Shown piece after piece: positions 9,696 through 20,174 of a stretch of 64,000 nt of DNA. How positions within the stretch are numbered: position 1 is the first letter of the stretch; each line of letters starts with the position of its first letter. The stretch is from Minisyncoccia bacterium (GTDB lineage: Bacteria > Patescibacteriota > Minisyncoccia > UBA6257 > 2-01-FULL-56-20). The translations under genes were made by a program, and so were the position numbers. The notes under the pieces are model-generated. The model was not told where the DNA came from, ran no database searches, and was given only the letters and a program-made list of their open reading frames with translations. The stretch spans positions 236,609-300,608 of the forward strand of contig JBEKRC010000001.1 of the NCBI GenBank assembly GCA_049997875.1. Direction: 5' to 3'.

Positions 9696-10609
9696 AATGC
9701 GTTGACGGTCTTTTGAACGCCTTCCTTGAGGGGAGTTTTTGGCGTCCAGCCGATCAGCCGTTTCGCTTTCGCAAAGTTCATTGCGATCCGCTTCACTTCG
9801 CCTTTTCGCTGCGGGGTGTAGCGCGGCTGTTTCCTAAAGCCGGTTGCCCGCACGAGCGATTTAAAAATTTCATAGTCGGATGTTTCGCGGCCAGACGCGA
9901 TATTTATGATTTCGCGCGCGCCGCGCCGCAGACCGAGAAGATTGGCCCGCGCGACGTCTCCCACGTACACATAGTCGCGGGTTTTCTTCCCGTCGCCGAA
10001 GATCACGGGGATTGCGCCGCGCCGCATCTTGCGGATGAAAGTCGGGAAAATGCCCGCCCCGCCCTGCGCGCGCTGGTGTGGACCGTAGACGTTCGCGTAG
10101 CGGAAGATAAGATAGGGAATGCGGTACGCGTCGCAATAGTACGCAGTCATCTGTTCGTCTATGTATTTTGAAAGGGCGTAGGGGGAGAGTGGGTGCGGTG
10201 GCGTGGATTCGTCGGCGGGCAGCTTCTTTGGATTGCCGTAGATCGCCCCGCCCGTGGAGGAGAACAGGAATTTCCTTTTCCCGCGCCCGTGCCGCGCGAA
10301 GGCGAGCAGGACGTTCAGCGTCCCCGTAACGTTGGTCGCGAAAGTTTCTTCCGGCTTTTTGACCGATTCCGTCACGCTGATGAGGGCGGCGTGGTGATTC
10401 ACGACCTCGGGGCGTTCCTTGAGGAAGATGCGGTTTATGGCAACTTCGTCGCGGATGTCGGCGTTATAAAATTTCGCTTTTGCCGGCACGTTGCTTCGCG
10501 ATCCTGAGGAAAGATTATCAATGACGAGTACGCGGTGCCCCGCCTTCACGTAGGCATCCGCGACATGCGAGCCGATGAATCCTGCGCCGCCGGTGACGAC
10601 AATTTTCAT
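9692..10609 (-). CDS. NAD-dependent epimerase/dehydratase (extended SDR; GalE/HldD-like)
   Basis: VTGGAGFIGSH Rossmann motif and YALSK catalytic Yxxx K. Confidence 0.7.
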   Translation of the reverse strand: MKIVVTGGAGFIGSHVADAYVKAGHRVLVIDNLSSGSRSNVPAKAKFYNADIRDEVAINRIFLKERPEVVNHHAALISVTESVKKPEETFATNVTGTLNVLLAFARHGRGKRKFLFSSTGGAIYGNPKKLPADESTPPHPLSPYALSKYIDEQMTAYYCDAYRIPYLIFRYANVYGPHQRAQGGAGIFPTFIRKMRRGAIPVIFGDGKKTRDYVYVGDVARANLLGLRRGAREIINIASGRETSDYEIFKSLVRATGFRKQPRYTPQRKGEVKRIAMNFAKAKRLIGWTPKTPLKEGVQKTVNAF

Positions 10610-10613
10610 GGAA

Positions 10614-11951
10614 TTATTTCGGAGTTACGAAGATTGACTTCAATGTTTTTAAAACGATGGCAAGGTCAAGCACGGGAGAACGGTTTTTCAGATAGTATAT
10701 ATCATATTGCAATTTTTGCTTTACGTCGTCCGGCGTTAGGTCGGCGCGATGGTTAATCTGCGCCCAGCCGGTCACGCCGGGCCGAACGAGGAGGCGGACT
10801 TCGTAGAACGGTATCTGTTCTTTCAACTTTATTACGAATTCCGGCCGTTCCGGTCGCGGGCCGACGAACGACATATCTCCTTTTATGATGTTCCAGAGTT
10901 GAGGGAGTTCATCAAGATGTGTTTTGCGGAGAAATTTTCCGAAAGGCGTTGCGCGGGTATCGTTGGGAGTGGCCCATCGGGCGCCCTCGCGCTCGGCGTC
11001 CACGCGCATGTTCCGGAATTTGTAGAATGTGAACTCGCGACCGTGTTGGCCCACTCGCATATGGCGGTAGATCACGGGCCCGGGGGAAGTAAGCTTGACG
11101 ATTATTGCGATGAGAATTTCCAACGGGAGAAGAATAATGCCGATGACCAGGGCCGCAAGGAACTCAATCGCCCGTTTGAAGGGGTCGTAGAAACGAGCCG
11201 TGCTTTCTATATTTTCAAGAAACCAGGTTTCCTCAATGTCGGCCAAGGGGACCTTGCGCATGACGACCTCGTAAAAACTGTCCAGATCTATCACGGAGAT
11301 CCCGCGTCCGAAGAGCCGATAAAGAACGAGGGCGAGCGATCCCTTGCGCTTCAGTTCGCGTGGAACCGCCACAAGGTTCGCGCTATACTCCCGCGCGGCG
11401 CGTTCAATCGCGGCGGGGGTGCGGGACGCTTCCTCTCCGGTGAGTTCCGCCGTTATCGCATAGCCGAGCTGCGGGTTTTCTCTTACGGTTGCTGCAATTT
11501 CTTTTGCAGAAGGGCCGGTGCCGACAAGAACGACCTTGTTCGGCGCTTCGCCGGATTCCGTGAGCCGGTTAAAAAAGCGGCGCCAATAGGTTTCTACGAC
11601 GGCGAAGACGACGAGGAAGATGAACAGATTTGTTTTCGGTGCGATGCCGAATGCGGGGATGAGGTAGAAAAACAGGACGGCGACGGCAGCATTTGTCACA
11701 AGCGAAAGTGCAAGCGTTTTCAGGAAATCCAGATTGTTGCGGAGGCGGCGCAGGTCGTAGAGGCCGGCGATGTAAAAAACCAAAAGCCACGGAACGAAAA
11801 TGATCGTGAAGGGAGCGAAATGCACATCCGCAAATTCTTTGTAGAGTCCTGTACCGTAGCGCGCTGCAAGCGTGAGGAAAAGCGCCGCATAGAGCGCGAG
11901 GATATCTCCGAGGAATAAGAGGAATAACGCCACTCTACGCCGTAACGCCAT
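10614..11951 (-). CDS. Polyprenyl-phosphate sugar phosphotransferase (bacterial sugar transferase, WbaP/CpsE-like initiating enzyme)
   Basis: N-terminal TM region and C-terminal catalytic domain (PGPVIYRHMRVGQHGREFTFYKFRNM ... DELPQLWNIIKGDMSFVGPRPE). Confidence 0.75.
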   Translation of the reverse strand: MALRRRVALFLLFLGDILALYAALFLTLAARYGTGLYKEFADVHFAPFTIIFVPWLLVFYIAGLYDLRRLRNNLDFLKTLALSLVTNAAVAVLFFYLIPAFGIAPKTNLFIFLVVFAVVETYWRRFFNRLTESGEAPNKVVLVGTGPSAKEIAATVRENPQLGYAITAELTGEEASRTPAAIERAAREYSANLVAVPRELKRKGSLALVLYRLFGRGISVIDLDSFYEVVMRKVPLADIEETWFLENIESTARFYDPFKRAIEFLAALVIGIILLPLEILIAIIVKLTSPGPVIYRHMRVGQHGREFTFYKFRNMRVDAEREGARWATPNDTRATPFGKFLRKTHLDELPQLWNIIKGDMSFVGPRPERPEFVIKLKEQIPFYEVRLLVRPGVTGWAQINHRADLTPDDVKQKLQYDIYYLKNRSPVLDLAIVLKTLKSIFVTPK

Positions 11952-12035
11952 GCTTATCTTTTAACACACTAAGACCCGTCTCACAAATAGGCGGAGACCT
12001 CTCGCGGTAGGCAAATTGCCTATGCGCGGCGGGTT

Positions 12036-13631
12036 CTAGCGCGCGAAGCGGTAGATGAGGTAGAGAACGGCGCAGAGGACCGCAAGGAATATGAGGATCG
12101 CGGCCGCGGCGATCAAAACCTCCTTCATGCGGTTTTCCGGATCATAGAGTGGCGCGTTCTTGTTGGTAAGGCGGATGTCCACCGACACTTTACTGAACGG
12201 GCGTTTGAAGAAGATCATCCAGAAATAGTTGAGGCCGTAGCGCAAGCCCATCGTAAATCCTCCTTCTTTGGCGAGCCGCCTGCCGGAAGAATACATCGGC
12301 AAACCGAACGCGAAGCGCACTTTTCCCACCTTGCTCAATCGCCGCGCCACGTCCGTGTCCTCGCCGTAAAAATCAATGTCGGTGTTGTAGCCGCCGGCTT
12401 TTTCCAACGCGCTCCGGCGTACGATGAAATTTCCTCCCTGGAGCATGGAGCCCGCGCGGAGGATGAATCGGTTGATGAGATAGAAAAAGTACCCGAGATA
12501 GTAGAACAATTTCGTGAACGCTCTGACCTTCCGCGGAACGTCGTAATAGATGAACGGTCCCGAGAACGCGACGAGCTTTTCGTCCTTTGCGAACGCTTCC
12601 ATGACTTTTTTTATCCAACCGTCGGTGAGGCGCGTGTCGGCGTCAACGTTTGCGACGAGATCACCGTGTGAAGCGCGAAAGCCGGCACGCCGCGCGCGGA
12701 CAATGCCCTTCTCCGGTTCGTTGACCACGACAACGCCCTTACGTGCATACGATTCGGCGATTTCCCGCGTCTGGTCGGTAGATGCGTTGTTCACCACGAT
12801 AATCTCAATTTCGTACGGTAGCTTCTCCTTTTGCGCGAGGATCGCATTGAGGCAGTCGGGGAGATAATGCTCCTCGTTGTAAGCGGGGATGACGAAGCTC
12901 AACTTCATGAAGCGGACCGGCCGCCATTCCTTGTTGTAAGAGCGGTTCAGGAGGCGCACGTATAAATAGTTGATCCCCCAGTCCCAGAGCACGCGCGGCC
13001 ATCCCAGTTCGTGCATTCGCCGGCCAGTGTGATATACCGTAAGGCGCAATTCCATTTTGGTGCGGCCGATCTTCGCGAGGCGGCGGAACATATCGTTGTC
13101 TTCCGCGACGGCGAGCTGCGGTTGAAAGCCGTGGACCGCGAGAAAGGCGCTCCGCCGTATCATCTGGAACTCTCCGGACGCGCTTCCCATGCGGATCACG
13201 TTGTTGTTAAGCCAGTGGTCCACGCTTACCAGCGTGAAAAAGAAATTGTCCGCGGGCGTCGCGAATTCCGGAAACACCATGAGCCGCGCGGTGATCGCGA
13301 CGAGCTTTTCGTCGGCCGCGAAATCGCTAAGTGCGGTTTTGAAGAACGCGTTCGGATCGGGGATGATGACGTCGGCGTCAATAAACACGAGGAATTCGCC
13401 GTGCGCGAGGCGTGCGCCGTTGTTCCGGTTGCTTGCGATCGTGTGGCTCGGGCTCGCGTCCACGACCACCTGCGCGTATCGTTTTGCGATTGCGACCGTT
13501 TGGTCGGTACTGCCGCTGTCGGTCACGATGAGCTCGTGGTCAAACGCCGTGAGGTTGTCGTGGATCTGGCGCAGCGTTTTTTCTATCGCCTCTTCTTCGT
13601 TGAGTGTGGGTATGATGACGGAGATTTTCAT
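12036..13631 (-). CDS. Tandem (two-domain) glycosyltransferase family 2
   Basis: Two GT2 modules: MKISVIIPTLNEE...DSGSTD...DAD and MKLSFVIPAYNEE...NNASTD...DAD. Confidence 0.65.
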   Translation of the reverse strand: MKISVIIPTLNEEEAIEKTLRQIHDNLTAFDHELIVTDSGSTDQTVAIAKRYAQVVVDASPSHTIASNRNNGARLAHGEFLVFIDADVIIPDPNAFFKTALSDFAADEKLVAITARLMVFPEFATPADNFFFTLVSVDHWLNNNVIRMGSASGEFQMIRRSAFLAVHGFQPQLAVAEDNDMFRRLAKIGRTKMELRLTVYHTGRRMHELGWPRVLWDWGINYLYVRLLNRSYNKEWRPVRFMKLSFVIPAYNEEHYLPDCLNAILAQKEKLPYEIEIIVVNNASTDQTREIAESYARKGVVVVNEPEKGIVRARRAGFRASHGDLVANVDADTRLTDGWIKKVMEAFAKDEKLVAFSGPFIYYDVPRKVRAFTKLFYYLGYFFYLINRFILRAGSMLQGGNFIVRRSALEKAGGYNTDIDFYGEDTDVARRLSKVGKVRFAFGLPMYSSGRRLAKEGGFTMGLRYGLNYFWMIFFKRPFSKVSVDIRLTNKNAPLYDPENRMKEVLIAAAAILIFLAVLCAVLYLIYRFAR

Positions 13632-13642
13632 AAAGGATATAT

Positions 13643-14239
13643 TTATTCTATCTCTCCGCGCATACGGTTTCGCATGAACTTTCCGAAACCGTATGCCGCG
13701 AAGAAGGCGATGACGATCAAAGCGATGATGAACGCCCAGCGCAAGCTTTTATCAACCATGATGTACAAGTTACCGAGGAAATATCCCACCGCCATCAGCA
13801 CTCCCGTCCAGACGAATTGCCCTAGGAAATTGATGGTGAGGTATTTCTTGAACGGCACTTTGGCGGCGCCGGCGGCGATGAGCGTGGCGAGCGCAAATCC
13901 GAATCCCATCGTGATCTTTGAAATGAAGAGGATTTTCCACTGGTGTTTGTTAAAAAACTGTTCTGCCTTTTCCACGTTCTCTTCCGTGATGCTGAAAAAT
14001 TTCCCATATTTTTCTATGAAGGACCGCGCGCCGTGGCGGCCGAGCAGGTACCAGAGGATATCGCCCGTGAGGTCGCCCGCTATGAGCAGGAAATACACCG
14101 GCCAGAAGTAGAAAAAGTTGAGGCGGACAAGAAAACCGGAGATCATCATGACCACCGGCCCTTCCACGATCGCAAGCGGATAGAGGATAGGGTAGCGGTA
14201 TGCCAAGAGCCACGAAACAATAGGGGATGCGAATGGCAT
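13643..14239 (-). CDS. DedA/SNARE-associated (VTT domain) membrane protein
   Basis: VTT-domain pattern (ISGFLVRLNFFYFWPVYFLLIAGDLTGDILWYLLGRHG). Confidence 0.55.
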   Translation of the reverse strand: MPFASPIVSWLLAYRYPILYPLAIVEGPVVMMISGFLVRLNFFYFWPVYFLLIAGDLTGDILWYLLGRHGARSFIEKYGKFFSITEENVEKAEQFFNKHQWKILFISKITMGFGFALATLIAAGAAKVPFKKYLTINFLGQFVWTGVLMAVGYFLGNLYIMVDKSLRWAFIIALIVIAFFAAYGFGKFMRNRMRGEIE

Positions 14240-14295
14240 GAGATAGCCGATTCATTATACTCCATCCGCTTCCTCCGCGATGGTATACTATTTTC

Positions 14296-14991
14296 GTGCC
14301 TGATATTTTTCGTGAACATAGGGGCGGTTTCTGGACCGCGGCGCGCAAGCGGTCGTTATACCTCGGACTTTTCCTCGTGGCAATCGCGATTTTCGTCCAG
14401 GTAAGCGCCGGGCACTATTCCGCGAACCACGTGCTCTTGGCGCCTCCCGAAAGCGACCTTTTCCTGGACAATCTTCCCGTCGTCAATCTTGGGTTCCTTA
14501 TCGTGGGCGTCACCATTCTTTTTTGGATTTGTTCCTGTTTTTTCCTTATTACCCGCCCGCACTACTTGTTGTTTGGGATAAAAGCAATCGCGCTGTTCGT
14601 CATCTTCCGCGCGTTCTTCATGAACCTGACCCGCGAAGGGATTTATCCCGGCGGCGTCGTGCCAAGCGCTGCCAATACCGGCTTCGGATTTTATCACCTC
14701 CTCACGTTCCAGGGGAATCTTTTCTTCTCGGGCCACACCGCGTTTCCGTATCTCCTGGCGCTCATTTTTTGGGATGAAAAGTTCTGGCGCCGCTTTTTCA
14801 TCGTCGCTACTATCGTCTTCGGCGCCGCCGTGCTTCTCGCGCACGTGCATTATTCCATTGACGTATTCGCGGCTCCCTTCATCATGTACGGCGTGTTCGC
14901 GATCACTGCGAAGCTTTTCCCGAATGATTACGCGTTGCTTGCCCACAGGGCCCGCGGCCATTCTTTGTTGACGCAGAGAGACGGGGGCTGA
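14296..14991 (+). CDS. PAP2_C-type membrane phosphatase/transferase (PAP2 superfamily)
   Basis: FFSGHTAFPYL and HVHYSIDV blocks in a polytopic membrane protein. Start is GTG; start uncertain. Confidence 0.4.
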   Translation: MPDIFREHRGGFWTAARKRSLYLGLFLVAIAIFVQVSAGHYSANHVLLAPPESDLFLDNLPVVNLGFLIVGVTILFWICSCFFLITRPHYLLFGIKAIALFVIFRAFFMNLTREGIYPGGVVPSAANTGFGFYHLLTFQGNLFFSGHTAFPYLLALIFWDEKFWRRFFIVATIVFGAAVLLAHVHYSIDVFAAPFIMYGVFAITAKLFPNDYALLAHRARGHSLLTQRDGG

Positions 14992-15003
14992 TATACTTTT
15001 GTT

Positions 15004-15879
15004 ATGGAAGACGAAGAAAAAATCTCATTCAAAGAAACTATTGAGAAAGCGAAGCAAGGCGACGGGGACGAGGTATCCGTTGAAGAAAAGCTTCCGCTGG
15101 GACGCAGAGATCGTTTTCTCCCCGCGAGCATCATCATCGCGGCAGTGCTTATTGGCGGGTCGGTTCTTTTTGCGGCATTGTACCGGCCGGGCGCGAGCAC
15201 GCCAAGCGGCGGCGCGGGAAACGCCGGCGCCCCGGCCGCGAACGGCGGGGCGGCGCAGGCACCTTCCGCCGCAGTAGCCACGGCGCCCGCCCCCGGGTCC
15301 CGAGACGTGATCTTGGGCAATGCGAGCGCGCCCGCGACCGTCATTGAATATGGCGATTACCAGTGCCCCTTCTGTGTGCGGTTCTACGAACAGGTTCAGC
15401 CGCTCGTCATCCAGAACTATGTGAATGCGGGAAAGGCAAAGCTCGTATTCAGGGATTTCCCATTTCTTGATAGTGCGGAGATCACCTCATCCAGCGTGGG
15501 GGAGTCACACGCGGCCGGGGCGGCGGCGGAGTGCGCCAAGGATGAGAACCAATTCTGGCCGTATCACGATGCGCTCTATGCCGCGAAGGCAGCCGACGAG
15601 GCAAAGGGTGGCGGAGAGGATGATGGATTTTTCAACCGTGCGCTGTTCCTGAAAATCGCGGGCCAGCTTAGCATGAACACCACCGCGTTTGCGAGTTGCA
15701 TTGACAGCGGAAAATATACTGCGACGGTCAATGCGGATTACACTGCCGCCATGAACGCCGGGGTCAATTCAACACCCATGACGTTCGTGAACGGGAAAGA
15801 AGTGACGGATGCGCTTGGCCAGAGCGTCGGCGCGAACGGGACCGCGGTCCTCGCAGCCATTGCTGCGGCGATCAAGTAG
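15004..15879 (+). CDS. DsbA-like thiol:disulfide oxidoreductase, membrane-anchored with Ala/Gly/Pro-rich linker
   Basis: N-terminal TM helix, low-complexity linker, thioredoxin fold with YQCPFC active site (DsbA/Thioredoxin_4). Confidence 0.6.
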   Translation: MEDEEKISFKETIEKAKQGDGDEVSVEEKLPLGRRDRFLPASIIIAAVLIGGSVLFAALYRPGASTPSGGAGNAGAPAANGGAAQAPSAAVATAPAPGSRDVILGNASAPATVIEYGDYQCPFCVRFYEQVQPLVIQNYVNAGKAKLVFRDFPFLDSAEITSSSVGESHAAGAAAECAKDENQFWPYHDALYAAKAADEAKGGGEDDGFFNRALFLKIAGQLSMNTTAFASCIDSGKYTATVNADYTAAMNAGVNSTPMTFVNGKEVTDALGQSVGANGTAVLAAIAAAIK

Positions 15880-15911
15880 TTGACTCGGGCGTGGCTGACT
15901 CCTAAAATAGA

Positions 15912-16106
15912 GTGGTGGTGGCACATTGGATAGAAGGCATCGTCGGATTTTGGATTTTGCTTTCGCCGTGGCTTTTGGGATTTGCGAATATCTCAATCGC
16001 GAAGTGGAGCAGTATCCTCTGCGGCCTTATTCTTATTCTCGTGAACAGCTGGCTGCTCTTCGGCGGGCAACGAAGCAACAAAGGTCCGTCACAGACAAAT
16101 CCATGA
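15912..16106 (+). CDS. SPW-repeat small membrane protein
   Basis: Two SPW-type repeats (GFWILLSPWLLGF ... LVNSWLLF). Ends in ATGA overlapping the glutaredoxin start. Confidence 0.35.
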   Translation: MVVAHWIEGIVGFWILLSPWLLGFANISIAKWSSILCGLILILVNSWLLFGGQRSNKGPSQTNP

Positions 16107-16345
16107 AAAAAGTTACTATTTATAGCACGCCGACCTGCGTCTATTGCAGGATGGCGAAGGATTTTTTCCAGAAGAACGGGATTGCGTACGAGGAGCACAA
16201 CGTGGCCATTGACGAGAAAGCGCGGGAAGAAATGTTCGCGAAGTCCCGTCAGATGGGCGTTCCCGTGATTGACGTGGGCGGCGAGATCATCGTCGGTTTT
16301 GACAAGAAGACGCTCACAGACCTCCTCCTGCCCGAGAAGAAATAA
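16103..16345 (+). CDS. Glutaredoxin-like protein (NrdH/Grx family)
   Basis: KVTIYSTPTCVYCRMAK CxxC active site and GVPVIDVGGEIIVGFD. The internal ATG at 16103 is preferred over the long upstream frame. Confidence 0.6.
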   Translation: MKKVTIYSTPTCVYCRMAKDFFQKNGIAYEEHNVAIDEKAREEMFAKSRQMGVPVIDVGGEIIVGFDKKTLTDLLLPEKK

Positions 16346-16408
16346 CTAGGTCATCGTCGGCGGGGGCCGCGTGGCGTCGAGATCCGCTCGCGGATATAAA
16401 ACAATTTT

Positions 16409-17344
16409 ATGTACGACCTTATAATCATTGGCGGTGGGCCCGGAGGCGTGGCAGCGGGTGTTTACGCTGCGCGAAAGAAAATAAAAACGTTGCTTATCAC
16501 CGACAGCTTCGGCGGCCAGTCGTCGGTTTCGGGCGAGGTGCAGAATTGGATCGGGACGAAGTCCATTTCCGGCTACGATCTTGCAAAGTCGCTTGAAGAG
16601 CACCTCCGCGCGCAGGAGGATATTGATATTGTGGACGATGACCTCGTCACGGGAATCAAAAAGAATGATAACTTCGCGCTGGGCGGCGCCGGTTTCTCCG
16701 TTGCGACGAGGAATGGTAAGACATATAAAACGAAATTCGTGCTTTTGGCGTCCGGCAGCTGCAGGAAGAAGCTTGGCGTTCCCGGCGAAAAGGAATTTGA
16801 CGGAAAGGGCGTGGTGTATTGCTCCACGTGCGACGCGCCCATTTTTAAAGACAAAGTAACCGCCGTGGTGGGCGGCGGGAATTCCGCGCTTGAGTCGGTG
16901 ATGGATCTCTTTCCCTACGCATCCAAGATCTATTTGATCGTCCGTTCGGAGATTTTGAGAGGCGACCCCATCTCGCAGGACAAGGTAAAAAATAATCCTA
17001 AGGTTACCATCCTTTGGAACACGGTGGTGGAAATGATACGGGGCAAGGATTTCGTTACCGGCATCCGCTACAAAAACGTGAAGACCGGCGAGGAGAAAGA
17101 TCTGCCGCTTGGCGGCGTGTTTGTAGAGGTCGGCCTTCTACCCAATTCCGATTTCGTGAAAGACCTTGTGAAGCTTGATGACTTCGGCCATGTCGTCATT
17201 GATGCGCACACGCAGGCTGCCTCATGCCCCGGCGTCTGGGCAGTGGGGGATGTGACGGACACGCCCTATCGCCAAAATAATATCTCCGCTGGCGACGCCG
17301 TGAAGGCTGTCTTGAATATCTACGACCACATTAAAAAAAGTTAA
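16409..17344 (+). CDS. trxB: Thioredoxin-disulfide reductase
   Basis: IIIGGGPGGVAAGVYAAR FAD site, CSTCD redox CxxC and GGGNSALE NADPH site. Confidence 0.8.
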   Translation: MYDLIIIGGGPGGVAAGVYAARKKIKTLLITDSFGGQSSVSGEVQNWIGTKSISGYDLAKSLEEHLRAQEDIDIVDDDLVTGIKKNDNFALGGAGFSVATRNGKTYKTKFVLLASGSCRKKLGVPGEKEFDGKGVVYCSTCDAPIFKDKVTAVVGGGNSALESVMDLFPYASKIYLIVRSEILRGDPISQDKVKNNPKVTILWNTVVEMIRGKDFVTGIRYKNVKTGEEKDLPLGGVFVEVGLLPNSDFVKDLVKLDDFGHVVIDAHTQAASCPGVWAVGDVTDTPYRQNNISAGDAVKAVLNIYDHIKKS

Positions 17345-17351
17345 AGTTTTT

Positions 17352-17397
17352 CGGGCTTAAGCTCTTGGCGTCTCGGCGTTAGTTCGAATCCTGCCCG
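17352..17397 (+). other. tRNA-like fragment A (T-loop plus GC clamp, not a complete tRNA)
   Basis: CGGGC...GTTCGAATCC.TGCCCG: canonical T-loop sequence closed by a 5-bp CGGGC/GCCCG stem. No D-arm or anticodon arm can be folded. Confidence 0.35.
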
Positions 17398-17458
17398 TGC
17401 ACTGGACATAAGTTTTGCCATGCTGTAGTATCTGTTGGCTTGGAAAGGAGATAGGCAC

Positions 17459-17845
17459 ATGCCGGATGTCCGAATTGTGGTGGCTGACGAGTTCATTAAC
17501 AACGTTCAGGACGATGCTGCGTTCTGTCGAGGAGTCCGCAAAGCGGTAGCTGAACTGTTCGGGTTCGATACTGCCCCCGTTTGCGTACAGCTCGAATTTT
17601 ACGCCCCTGGCTGCGAAGATGGTCGACCGCCGGTAGTGGTGGCCATTTCGACCAAATATAAAGAAGAGCGGATTCCGCAGCAAGCTGATCTCACGCAGCG
17701 GCTTGCCGATCAGGTGAAACGCCTCGCCGACGAAGCCGTTGGGAAGGATGTTGGTCAGATCAAGACTAGAATCGATCTGGTCTGTCGTGCAACAGCTACT
17801 GCGGGGTCGACTCCCGCAAATTCAATTCAAAACCTCAAGGGATAA
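17459..17845 (+). CDS. Hypothetical protein with two tautomerase-like beta-alpha-beta half-repeats (Met-Pro start)
   Basis: GGAGA RBS 7 nt upstream. Begins MPDVRIVVADEF..., a second half begins PPVVVAISTKYKEE... Codon usage differs from neighbours. Confidence 0.3.
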   Translation: MPDVRIVVADEFINNVQDDAAFCRGVRKAVAELFGFDTAPVCVQLEFYAPGCEDGRPPVVVAISTKYKEERIPQQADLTQRLADQVKRLADEAVGKDVGQIKTRIDLVCRATATAGSTPANSIQNLKG

Positions 17846-18156
17846 CCCTTGAGCCAACCGTGGCAGGGGAGGGCGGAACCCGTTCCCCCTCTCCTCCACA
17901 AGATTTTTCAAATGACCACGAGAAGGGCCTTTTTTATTTGGGTCATGCTTAAAGTTGTTCGAAGATCGTCCAGGACCGGGCCTTTCGTGGCTGCGCAGTT
18001 ATGGGGCGGTCAACGCTTTTGGAATAGTTCAATAATCCCCAAGAGGATCCCGAGCGGCAGCAGGAGAATCACCGCGATCCTTGACAACGCCGCCGTTCGG
18101 CATAAAATACCTATTGGCACTCAAAGGTCGTGAGTGCTAAAACATTTAAAACAACA

Positions 18157-18453
18157 ATGAATTTCAAACCATTATCCAATCATTTGTTCCTTGAGCCGGT
18201 GGAGGAGGAGAAAAAAACGAAGGGTGGTATCGTGCTCCCTGATACGGCGGAGAAAGAAAAGCCGATAAAAGGGAAAGTACTCGCGGTGGGTCTCGGGAAG
18301 CGCAACGACAAAGGCGAATTGCAGCCAATGTCAGTCAAGGTCGGCGACATCGTTCTCTTTAAGAAATACGGGCCGGACGAGATTGAGATTGACGAGAAGA
18401 AATATCTGGTCGGCGACGAGGACGATATCCTAGCGATAATTTCTAATGGCTAA
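18157..18453 (+). CDS. groES: Co-chaperonin GroES
   Basis: MNFKPLSNHLFLEP...GGIVLPDTAKEKP...GDIVLFKKYG; immediately upstream of groEL. Confidence 0.85.
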   Translation: MNFKPLSNHLFLEPVEEEKKTKGGIVLPDTAEKEKPIKGKVLAVGLGKRNDKGELQPMSVKVGDIVLFKKYGPDEIEIDEKKYLVGDEDDILAIISNG

Positions 18454-18460
18454 TTCCTAA

Positions 18461-20122
<1,662 letters not shown>

Positions 20123-20174
20123 TCAAGCAACTATTTCAGTTGCGAGTTCGTATTACATCTGTTACACTTACATC

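Noticed and set aside
10749-11918. 389-aa + strand ORF antisense to the polyprenyl-P sugar transferase. Similar long antisense ORFs at 18464-19432, 33093-33851, 35889-36857, 53290-54195, 62400-63878, 26032-26853 and 40476-41348.
   Set aside because: Arg/Ala/Gly-rich, no domains, and each lies wholly inside a well-supported gene on the other strand. These are typical GC-driven open frames.
17352-17397. Calling the T-loop-containing fragments (17352 and 49013) tRNA genes
   Set aside because: Only a T-arm-like hairpin and a 5-bp GC clamp can be folded. There are no D-arm, no anticodon arm and no 7-bp acceptor stem.
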